Below, in pieces: positions 30,036-38,451 of a stretch of DNA of 64,000 nt. The notes beneath the pieces are model-generated. The model worked only from the letters and a program-made list of their open reading frames with translations, was not told where the DNA came from and searched no databases. Source of the stretch: Anaerolineales bacterium (GTDB lineage Bacteria; Chloroflexota; Anaerolineae; Anaerolineales; UBA11579); assembly GCA_040902205.1 (NCBI GenBank), contig JBBDXR010000014.1, positions 52,166-116,165 of the forward strand. Direction: 5' to 3'. How positions within the stretch are numbered: position 1 is the stretch's first letter; the number at the start of each line of letters is the position of its first letter. Made by a program: the position numbers and the translations under genes.

Positions 30036-30111
30036 CGCCGCGATTTTAGCATAAGGGGATGGGGGCTTGATGCAAAGTGCGGATGGTAAGATGACCGTAC
30101 AATATCCCTGA

Positions 30112-32043
30112 ATGGCGCGGTTAAATCGAATACTCTTGCTGCCTAAGGCCATGGCGCAACTCGGCATGCGCCCCATCTGGCTATATGCCAGATATCAGTT
30201 CAAGCTGCGCAGCGGTTGGCTACGTTGGCAGACGCCGCCAGTCGGCAACAGAAAGATCAGCCAGCATGCGCATCTACGCGCAATCGTAAAGCCGGCAGAC
30301 AAGGGAGAGATCGAAAAGGTCCTGGGCAGGCGAGCCAAGGATCTCTTCGCCGAAGCCGAGGAAGTATTAGCCGGCCAGGTGCGTTTATTCGGCGCCGCGC
30401 CGCGCAAGTTGGAACTGCGCGTGCCGGGCAAGCTAGAGCACTGGACGGCCTATGCCAGCCGCATGCCGGACGGAAGCGACATCAAGCCGGTCTGGGAAGC
30501 CGGGCGCTTTGGATGGGCCACCGCCCTGGCGCGGGCCTACTGGCTGTCCGGCGAAGAGCGTTGTGCCGAGGGCTTCTGGAAATATTTCGAGGTCTTTGTC
30601 TCCGCCAATCCAGCCAACCTGGGCCCGCATTGGAGTTCCGCCCAGGAAGTAGCTTTGCGTATGATCTCCTGGGCCTTCTGTTACAGCCTGCTGGCGGACG
30701 CGGCCAGCACTACGGAAGCGCGCAAGACGGCGCTGGCCGCGACCGTAGTCCAACATGCCGAACGCATCCCGCCAACCCTGGACTATGCGCGGGCGCAGAA
30801 CAACAATCACTTATTGAGCGAAGCGCTGGGCTTATATACGGCCGCGGCCCTGCTTCCCGATCATTCTGAAGCTCAGCGCTGGAAGCGGCAGGGGCTGGCG
30901 ATCTTTGCCGAGGGCATAGAAAAACAAATCCACGACGACGGCGCCTATGCGCAGCACAGCAGCAACTACCATCGCCTGATGCTGCAACTGGGGGTCTGGG
31001 CAACGGTGGCAGCCAAAGCTCAAGGGGAAACTCTGCCGGCCCCGTGCATTGAAAAGCTACGGAAGGCAACTGACTGGTTGACGGTGCTGTTGGACGCAGA
31101 AAGCGGCCAAGTGCCCATCCTTGGACCCAACGACGGCGCTTATGCCCTGCCCCTAACAGTATTGCCCTTCACCGATTACCGGCCGGCCTTGCAGGCGGCT
31201 GGCGCCGCGTTCGGATCTGCAAGCTTGGCGGCCGGGACCTGGGATGAGATGGCTTTGTGGCTGGGCCTTGAGCCGAGCCAGGCAATAGGCGCTCGGGCTA
31301 CCACTTCGCTGTTGCGGCTCGATGCGAATGATTCCTGGGCCTATCTACGGGCGGCCACTTTCCGGGAGCGGCCCGGGCACGCCGACCAACTGCACCTCGA
31401 TCTGTGGTGGCGTGGGCACAACATCGCCATGGACGCGGGCTCTTATTTGTACAACGCAGCCAGCCCCTGGGACAACGCCCTGGCATCCACTCGTGTGCAC
31501 AATACGCTGACCATAGAGGGACGCGACCAGATGACGCGGGCGGGCCGCTTCCTCTGGCTGGATTGGGCGCAGGCAAAAGTCTTGGCCACGCGCAACGACA
31601 AACGTGGCCGCCTTGTGCTCGCGTCAGCGGAGCATGACGGATATCAACGGCTAGGTCTCGTTCATCGCCGGGATGTGACGGTCGAAGGTCCTCGTTGGAT
31701 CGTCACCGACCATGTTTTGCCAAACCGAGAGAAACGTCAGCCAGTGATGGCCAGCTTGCAATGGCTGCTGCCGGATTGGGAGTGGCATTTGGAAGGGAGC
31801 ACGCTGCGCTTGGAGAGTCCGCACGGTCGCGTGGAACTGAATATTGAAACCAGCGGAGACGAACGCGCAGATCATTCGTTGATCCGCGCCGGCGAATCCA
31901 TCCATGGCCCTGCCAAGGCTGATCCGGTGCTGGGTTGGTTCTCGCCAACCTACGGTGTAAAAGAGCCAGCCCTTTCCTTTATTGCTGAGGTGAACGGCTC
32001 GCCGCCTTTCACCATTACCACCACCTGGACCTTGCCGGCATGA
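30112..32043 (+). CDS. Heparinase II/III family protein
   Basis: DIKPVWEAGRF, QEVALR, NNHLLSEA, QHSSNYHR, GHADQLH, HNTLTIEG. Confidence 0.88.
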   Translation: MARLNRILLLPKAMAQLGMRPIWLYARYQFKLRSGWLRWQTPPVGNRKISQHAHLRAIVKPADKGEIEKVLGRRAKDLFAEAEEVLAGQVRLFGAAPRKLELRVPGKLEHWTAYASRMPDGSDIKPVWEAGRFGWATALARAYWLSGEERCAEGFWKYFEVFVSANPANLGPHWSSAQEVALRMISWAFCYSLLADAASTTEARKTALAATVVQHAERIPPTLDYARAQNNNHLLSEALGLYTAAALLPDHSEAQRWKRQGLAIFAEGIEKQIHDDGAYAQHSSNYHRLMLQLGVWATVAAKAQGETLPAPCIEKLRKATDWLTVLLDAESGQVPILGPNDGAYALPLTVLPFTDYRPALQAAGAAFGSASLAAGTWDEMALWLGLEPSQAIGARATTSLLRLDANDSWAYLRAATFRERPGHADQLHLDLWWRGHNIAMDAGSYLYNAASPWDNALASTRVHNTLTIEGRDQMTRAGRFLWLDWAQAKVLATRNDKRGRLVLASAEHDGYQRLGLVHRRDVTVEGPRWIVTDHVLPNREKRQPVMASLQWLLPDWEWHLEGSTLRLESPHGRVELNIETSGDERADHSLIRAGESIHGPAKADPVLGWFSPTYGVKEPALSFIAEVNGSPPFTITTTWTLPA

Positions 32044-33254
32044 AGGCCTTGCACATCCTGCTGATCCACCAGGCCTTCGTCGATCTGGATGAAGCCGGCG
32101 GCACGCGCCATGCCGAGTTCGCCCGCGCCCTGGCCGCGGCCGGCCACCGCGTCACGGTCATCGCCAGCCGGGTGAGCTATCTGACTGGCAAGGGCGGGGC
32201 CAAGGATGCCGCGACCGCCCGGGGCTTGACCATTATTCGCGCCGCCACCTATCGCGGACTGCATCGCAGTTTCGCACACCGTTTATTCAGTTTTTTTAGT
32301 TTCACGGTGAGTTCATTTTTCATCGGCTTACGCGTAAAGGATGTGGATGTGGTTTGGGGCACCACGCCGCCCATCTTCCAGTCCGCCACGGCCTGGGCCC
32401 TGGCGCGCTTGAAGCGTGCGCCCTTCCTGCTGGAGGTGCGCGACCTGTGGCCCGCCTTCGCCGTGGAAGTGGGCGTGCTGCGCAACCGCGCCCTGATCCG
32501 CGCCTCCGAATGGCTGGAGCGCTTCCTGTATCGGAGCGCGGATCGCATCGTGGTCAACTCGCCCGGGTTTGTCGATCACGTGGAGGCGCGCGGCGGCCGT
32601 AACATCACGGTGGTGCCGAACGGCGCCGACGCGGCCATGTTCGCTGCAGATGGCGCTGCATTCCGTAGACAGCAAGGCTGGCAGGCCAAGTTCGTGGTGC
32701 TTTACGCCGGCGCGCATGGCTTGTCGAATGATCTTGGCATCGTTTTGCAAGCGGCGGAGTTGCTGAAGGATGAGAAGCAAATCCACCTTGCCCTCATTGG
32801 TGATGGCAAAGACAAGCCTGCACTACAAGCACAGGCCGCTGAACTGCATCTCGACAACCTGCAATTTCTGCCTCCGTCACCCAAGGACAAAATGCCGGAA
32901 GTGCTCGCCGCGGCCGATGCCTGCCTGGCCATCCTGAAACCCGTGAAGCTCTACGCCACGGTGTACCCCAACAAAGTATTCGACTATCTGGCGGCCGGGC
33001 GGCCGGTGCTGCTGGCCATCGATGGCGTGATCCGCAAAGTGGTCGAGGAGGCCGGCGCGGGCATCTTTGTGCCGCCCGGGGACCCGGCGGCCTTGGCGCA
33101 GGCCATCCGCGCCATGGCAAGCCAGCCGGGCGAAGCGCGCCGCATGGGTGCCTCGGGCCGCGTCTATCTGCAGCAGCATTTCGATCGCGCCGCCTTGGCG
33201 CGCCAGATGCAAACCGTCATAGAGGAAACCGCCGCCCAACCGGCAACGCTATAA
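32040..33254 (+). CDS. Glycosyltransferase family 4 (WbuB-like)
   Basis: TTPPIF, EVRDLWP, YAGAHG, YPNKVFDYLAAGRPV. Confidence 0.9.
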   Translation: MKALHILLIHQAFVDLDEAGGTRHAEFARALAAAGHRVTVIASRVSYLTGKGGAKDAATARGLTIIRAATYRGLHRSFAHRLFSFFSFTVSSFFIGLRVKDVDVVWGTTPPIFQSATAWALARLKRAPFLLEVRDLWPAFAVEVGVLRNRALIRASEWLERFLYRSADRIVVNSPGFVDHVEARGGRNITVVPNGADAAMFAADGAAFRRQQGWQAKFVVLYAGAHGLSNDLGIVLQAAELLKDEKQIHLALIGDGKDKPALQAQAAELHLDNLQFLPPSPKDKMPEVLAAADACLAILKPVKLYATVYPNKVFDYLAAGRPVLLAIDGVIRKVVEEAGAGIFVPPGDPAALAQAIRAMASQPGEARRMGASGRVYLQQHFDRAALARQMQTVIEETAAQPATL

Positions 33255-33261
33255 TCTCAGC

Positions 33262-34176
33262 GTGGCGAAGAAGAGCAAGGTCCCGGAGCTAAGCGAGAGT
33301 GAACTGCGCCGCCAGCTGCTGGAACACCGCCAGCAAGACCGCGCCCGCCGCCTGCAGGCCTTCGGCAGGAGCGGCCAGCTTTTGCCGGCCGACGCCAAGC
33401 GCGCCGAAGCGCCCGGCGGCGACCCGCTGCGCGGATTGAACGTGCACGACGCGCCGGCGTTGAAACTGGAAGGGCGGCGCGCCGCCACCTGGGGGGACCG
33501 CGTGTTGTTGGCCATCGAGCTGCTGGCGGCCGCCGGCCTGGTCTACATTTTCTTCAACGGCCTTAGCGTACTGGACACGCTGAACCGCGAAGTGGCTTCG
33601 GCCTTTGCCCTGGCCGCGCCCGGCACTGCCGGCCCCACCCCGCTGCTCGGCCCGGTGGTGCTGCCTTCCGGGCACACGGCTCCCCAGGAAGGCCAACCGG
33701 CGCGCCCCAATGAGGCCGAGATCCCCGAGCATTTGCGCGTGCAAATGCAGGTGTACAGCGCCAGCATTCAGATCCCCACGCCCGGCCCGGAGCAGGCGCT
33801 GGGCCTGCGCATAGAGGCCATTGGCGTCAATGCGCCTATCGTGCAAGGCGACGATTGGGAAGCGCTGAAACGCGGCGTGGGCCAGCACATCGGCACGGCC
33901 AACCCGGGCCAGAACGGCAACCTGGTGCTCACCGGCCACGACGATATCTACGGCGAGGTCTTTAAAGAGCTGGACCAACTGGAACCAGGGGACGAGGTGA
34001 CCGTGTTCACCGCCACCCATAGCTACACCTATATCGTCACCGAAACGCAAATCGTGGCGCCCACGGACGTGCACGTGATGGACGCAACGCCGGAGGCCAC
34101 GCTGACGCTGATCAGCTGCTATCCATATCGCATCGACACGCAACGCATCGTGGTGTTCGCGGAACTGGTGGAATAG
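33262..34176 (+). CDS. Sortase (class D-like)
   Basis: GNLVLTGH, TLTLISCYPY, RIVVFA catalytic His/Cys/Arg; one TM anchor. Confidence 0.9.
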   Translation: MAKKSKVPELSESELRRQLLEHRQQDRARRLQAFGRSGQLLPADAKRAEAPGGDPLRGLNVHDAPALKLEGRRAATWGDRVLLAIELLAAAGLVYIFFNGLSVLDTLNREVASAFALAAPGTAGPTPLLGPVVLPSGHTAPQEGQPARPNEAEIPEHLRVQMQVYSASIQIPTPGPEQALGLRIEAIGVNAPIVQGDDWEALKRGVGQHIGTANPGQNGNLVLTGHDDIYGEVFKELDQLEPGDEVTVFTATHSYTYIVTETQIVAPTDVHVMDATPEATLTLISCYPYRIDTQRIVVFAELVE

Positions 34177-34199
34177 AGACTAGAAAAAGTGTTTTATTA

Positions 34200-34967
34200 T
34201 CATTTGGCTAACTGAGGCAAATCAAGGATTTCCTGCAGTTTCCATACTGGAATAACTACCATCATTCCTGTATATTCATTGCGACCTTCGGGCCTAGGTG
34301 GCAATACTCCCATATCAACGCCCAACAAAAATACAGAAAGCGTCGAAAGACTAGTTCTTCCTCGAGGTCTGCAAGGTCGCCAAGACATTGGCAAGATCTG
34401 CAAAAAGGTAGGTGAGCCACTATACCCAGGTACTGATCTAGATTCAACAAGGTAGGCATCATGATTTGCGTTCCCATATCTCACCCCTTCGTACGGAAGC
34501 ATTGAGATATTCCCAAACCTAACAGATGGGAGGTTTCTCTCCTGGCCCTCGTGATTAATAAATCGACCGACGGTAAATGTTTCATCACCTGGTCCTACAC
34601 ACCAATCCTTTAATAGTTGCTCTGTCAAAAACAAGTCCGTTGATATTGGCTCGACATCATGCCTTTCCGCATCGAGAGACGCTACTGTCCCTACAGCTAC
34701 ATCATCGCCATTCGGATTAACCACCCAATTGTCAACTTCAATGACATCAAACCTATTGTCACGAGTGTTTACGCGTATGTGAGTGAAACCATCATCTATC
34801 ACGTGAGAGTTAGTTATCACATAAACGTCTTCTGTACTTTCCTTATCAGAGCCGGGTACACCTACAAAGAAACAAGTACCCCCTTGCCTTGTGCTGCTCC
34901 TGGCGTCCCTCTCAGAGGCATATAGATATGCAGTACATTTCAAAATATGATCAAGAATCCGAGGCAT
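34200..34967 (-). CDS. Trypsin-like serine protease, AT-rich
   Basis: Catalytic triad motifs ITNSHV, DDVAV, PGYSGSP. Confidence 0.78.
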   Translation of the reverse strand: MPRILDHILKCTAYLYASERDARSSTRQGGTCFFVGVPGSDKESTEDVYVITNSHVIDDGFTHIRVNTRDNRFDVIEVDNWVVNPNGDDVAVGTVASLDAERHDVEPISTDLFLTEQLLKDWCVGPGDETFTVGRFINHEGQERNLPSVRFGNISMLPYEGVRYGNANHDAYLVESRSVPGYSGSPTFLQILPMSWRPCRPRGRTSLSTLSVFLLGVDMGVLPPRPEGRNEYTGMMVVIPVWKLQEILDLPQLAK

Positions 34968-35027
34968 TATTTACCTTTCAACTGAAATCTTCTATCAACT
35001 CTAATCTACGTTGGTACAGCCTAGATT

Positions 35028-36092
35028 TCAAGGAACAAATTTCCATAAGGGCAGCACGCGGTCTTCGCCGAAGGTGTACACCGCGTAGGGTTCCAGATGG
35101 CCAGCCAGCATGGGGGCGTAGGGGTTGGTCTCGGTGAGGATGTATTCGTTGCCGAAGATGTAATCCACGCCCAGGTCCGCCAGATAACCGGCGCCGTTTC
35201 CCGACCTCAATGCTTCCAGATAATCCGCCGTATTCATCAGGCCGTCCATATTCACGATGGTGCGCCCGCGGCTGAAGTAGGCCAGGTTCCCCGCGCCGGT
35301 GATGGCCACGTTGGCGCCTTCTTCCGTGTTTGCCTCCAGCCAGCGGGCGCGGTGAATGTAGAAGCTATTGCTGCCATCGCCGGGAGCGCGCACGGCGGAC
35401 TGGACAAAGATGAGGTAGGTGAAAGAGATGATTGCAAAGGCGGCCAATCCCGAAACCGCGCCCGCCCGCACGAGCTGCGGGAGCGATTTGGTCAAAATGC
35501 GTAGCAATGCTTCCAGCAGCAAGCCCACTACGGTCAAGATAAAAAGCATCTCGGCCATCCAGTACCAGGGCTGCTGCGCCACAGAACCGGATGCCTTGTA
35601 GTAAGCGATCTGCACAAAGCAACCCAGGAAGAACGTCAGCAGCCCCAGGCTGCGCGCCGCGCTTTCCAGAAACTTGCGTTGTGTCCAAATGAGCGCGGCA
35701 CCCAGGGCCGCTAGTAGGCCGCCCAACGCCAACAGCACTACGCGCCTGGCGGCCGCGGCCTGTCCCAGCAGGGCCAGCAGCCGGTCGCCGGCCGCATACA
35801 CCGGCGCGGTGAGCAGCGACCAGGGTCCAAGTTCGGGATGATCGGTGACGAACTGGCCAAAAAAGTCTGCTAAGCTGTTGACTGGGAAGCCGTACACCGT
35901 GTTGCGCAGTGTGCCCCACCACAGTTTCACTTGACCGCTGACCGGCGTGGCCGTGCCAAAGGCCAGCAGGTTCCAGGCCACGTAGGCCAGCATGATGGCG
36001 GCGATGGGAGCGGCGAAGGCAACTGCGGCAGATAGACGCCAGCGCCAGACGTCTTTTGTCTTTGACGGTCGCCAAACGCGTGTTTTTGTCAT
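35028..36092 (-). CDS. C-terminal half of a GT-C/ArnT-like membrane protein
   Basis: FGTATPVSGQVK, AGNLAYFS, VNMDGLMN; ATG 36092 overlaps the upstream TGA. Confidence 0.65.
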   Translation of the reverse strand: MTKTRVWRPSKTKDVWRWRLSAAVAFAAPIAAIMLAYVAWNLLAFGTATPVSGQVKLWWGTLRNTVYGFPVNSLADFFGQFVTDHPELGPWSLLTAPVYAAGDRLLALLGQAAAARRVVLLALGGLLAALGAALIWTQRKFLESAARSLGLLTFFLGCFVQIAYYKASGSVAQQPWYWMAEMLFILTVVGLLLEALLRILTKSLPQLVRAGAVSGLAAFAIISFTYLIFVQSAVRAPGDGSNSFYIHRARWLEANTEEGANVAITGAGNLAYFSRGRTIVNMDGLMNTADYLEALRSGNGAGYLADLGVDYIFGNEYILTETNPYAPMLAGHLEPYAVYTFGEDRVLPLWKFVP

Positions 36093-37120
36093 CTCTGCTC
36101 CGGGATTATGCGCTTTAGGTTCGTGTACAGCAGCCAATCGCTAATTAACCACCCACCAAAAATGAAAGCGGCAAATGCATCCAGCCCTCCCGAAGCATTG
36201 ATGTAGTAAATAAGCATTCCCATAACCCATAGCAATCCGAATCCTGCCTCTTTCAGAGCACCTTTAAGAGATGCTACATCCCCACTACGAATATTGAATG
36301 ACATAATAATGTACACAACTCCAGTAATGGTATTGATAATCGCAAAAGGCAATAAATCATCGTGCCCTGAGGTGAACTGTACCCATGCTAACAAAAAAGT
36401 CAACAAAGCATTTATGACCGCCAAGCTCGCGCTCGTGCGAATTACTTGAGAGATGCGCCTCCTTTCATAATCCAGTAGTCGCGCTAACAGCCACAGGCCG
36501 CCGAAGCCAACGATGAATACGTTGTCCAGCCGCGCCAGGATGGCGAGGCTGCCAAGCAGGCCCAGCCAAACCAAGCCGCGCAACGTGTCTTTGCGATCTT
36601 TGCTAGGTGAAAAGGCGACAAGGGTATACCAGAACAGCAGAATGCAAAATGCGTTCAGCCCGGCTTCGGTACCAGTGTGCAGGGTGAGGTCGTGGATGCG
36701 CGGCAACACGATCCATAACAAGCCGGTGAACGCGGCAACCCACGCCGAGGTGTAGCGCCGCAGCAGGCGATATAGCAAGATAGCCGTGCCCGCGCTCAAC
36801 AGCGCGGATACGACCAGCAACAAGCGGAGCGGCAATAATAGATCGAATTGCGCTAAAAGGAAAAGCGGTGTGATCAGGAACAGCCACAGCGGATGGAAGC
36901 CGTTGGTGGGATTCAGCCCGTCGAAGGTGAAGCCGTGGCCTGCGGCCAGGGTGCGCGCCACCTGAAAATAATAGAAGCCATCGTCAGAGCTGTACCAATC
37001 CAGGATGGTGTTGGGGTTGCCGAAGGCGATATACAGCGCGGGCAAGAGGGCGAACAACAGGAAAAAGATTTCTACCTTGTTTTCGGAGAGCCAGCGCGGC
37101 GCGCGCTGCTTGGCAACCAT
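36089..37120 (-). CDS. N-terminal half of a GT-C/ArnT-like membrane glycosyltransferase, ending in an AT-rich segment
   Basis: DDGFYYFQVAR, TFDG..PTNGFHPLW, TGTEA, LARLD motifs. Confidence 0.68.
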   Translation of the reverse strand: MVAKQRAPRWLSENKVEIFFLLFALLPALYIAFGNPNTILDWYSSDDGFYYFQVARTLAAGHGFTFDGLNPTNGFHPLWLFLITPLFLLAQFDLLLPLRLLLVVSALLSAGTAILLYRLLRRYTSAWVAAFTGLLWIVLPRIHDLTLHTGTEAGLNAFCILLFWYTLVAFSPSKDRKDTLRGLVWLGLLGSLAILARLDNVFIVGFGGLWLLARLLDYERRRISQVIRTSASLAVINALLTFLLAWVQFTSGHDDLLPFAIINTITGVVYIIMSFNIRSGDVASLKGALKEAGFGLLWVMGMLIYYINASGGLDAFAAFIFGGWLISDWLLYTNLKRIIPEQR

Positions 37121-37184
37121 GGGGAAAGTATAAACGAGCCAGCTTGCCAAGCGCCGGGTATGGATTTAGACTGCAGCCCGCTCA

Positions 37185-38417
37185 TTGAAGAAGCTCAAAG
37201 CTCCCTTCATCTACCTGCTGGCTATGTTCGTCACTGGCTTCACCACCAAGGTGGTGTTCACCACGCACGTCATCTACCGCGTGCAGGTGGTGGGCATGGA
37301 TGCCCTGCAGTTGGTGCTGGCCGGCACCGCTCTGGAAGTGGCCGTCTTCTTGTTCGAAGTGCCCACCGGCGTGGTGGCCGATATCTACAGCCGGCGGCTC
37401 TCTGTGCTCATTGGCTTCCTCGTCTCCGGCGTGGCTTTCACCATCGAAGGCCTGGCCCCGCTCTTCGGCTTCGTGGTGCTCTCGCAGGCCCTGTGGGGCT
37501 TCGGCGCCACCTTCATCAGCGGCGCCTTCTCCGCCTGGATCGCCGATGAGGTCGGCGCGCTACGCGTGGGCCCGCTCTTCCTGCGCGGCCGCCAGCTAAC
37601 TCTGCTGGGCAGCCTGGCGGGCATTCCCTTCGCCGTCCTGTTGGCCGGCAGCAATCTGGCCTTGCCCTTCCTGATCGGCGGGCTGGTCCGCGTGGGCTTT
37701 TCGGTTTTCCTTTTGGCCTTTATGCCGGAGACGGGCTTCACGCCGGCGCCGAAGGAAGAACGGCAAGGTTGGCGCACGATGTTCAAAACGTTCAGCGAAG
37801 GTGTGGCGCTGGTGCGGCAAAGCCGAGTGCTCTCCACGTTCGCCTTCATTGCCTTGTTCGTGGGCTTGTACAGCGAAGCCTGGGACCGGCTGGGACAGGC
37901 TCACTTGCTGGAGACCTTCACCTTCCCATCCATCGGCGGCCTGCAGTTAGATGCCGTGGGTTGGTTCGGGCTGATCAACGTGGCCTTCATTCTGTTCAGC
38001 CTGCTGTCCAATGAGATCGCCAAGCGCGTGGTGGACACCACCCAGAGCGCCTCCCTGCTGCGCGCCCTGCAAAGCGTGTACGCCGCGATGGCTTTGCTCA
38101 TTCTCACCTTTGCCCTCTCCGGCTCTTTCTATCTCTCCCTGGCCGCCATGCTGCTATTCGACGCCATCCGCAGCGTGAGCTTCCCTTTCACCGAAGCCTG
38201 GCTGAACTTGCAGATCCCGTCGAAAGTGCGCGCCACTGTGCTTTCCATGGCCGGCCAGTTGGATGCCTTCGGCGAGATGGTGGCGGGGCCTTTCCTCGGC
38301 GGAATCGGCCGCCTGCTTTCTACGCAAGCGGCGCTGGTGGTATCCGCCCTGATCCTTTCACCGGCGGTGCCGCTGTACCGGCGCATCCGCAGACAGTTAA
38401 AACAAGAGAGCCGCTGA
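37185..38417 (+). CDS. MFS transporter (TetA(P)-like)
   Basis: LFEVPTGVVADIYSRRLS, FISGAFSAWIADE, RATVLS; about 12 TM helices. Confidence 0.88.
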   Translation: MKKLKAPFIYLLAMFVTGFTTKVVFTTHVIYRVQVVGMDALQLVLAGTALEVAVFLFEVPTGVVADIYSRRLSVLIGFLVSGVAFTIEGLAPLFGFVVLSQALWGFGATFISGAFSAWIADEVGALRVGPLFLRGRQLTLLGSLAGIPFAVLLAGSNLALPFLIGGLVRVGFSVFLLAFMPETGFTPAPKEERQGWRTMFKTFSEGVALVRQSRVLSTFAFIALFVGLYSEAWDRLGQAHLLETFTFPSIGGLQLDAVGWFGLINVAFILFSLLSNEIAKRVVDTTQSASLLRALQSVYAAMALLILTFALSGSFYLSLAAMLLFDAIRSVSFPFTEAWLNLQIPSKVRATVLSMAGQLDAFGEMVAGPFLGGIGRLLSTQAALVVSALILSPAVPLYRRIRRQLKQESR

Positions 38418-38427
38418 CGCGGCTCTC
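38406..38427. terminator. Hairpin between convergent genes
   Basis: gagagccgc-tgac-gcggctctc. Confidence 0.5.
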
Positions 38428-38451
38428 CATTATTTTGTTTTGCGCAGAGCT

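Noticed and set aside
32291-32297. T7 tract in the GT4 gene as a phase-variation site
   Set aside because: The tract is short, in frame, and explained by consecutive Phe codons.
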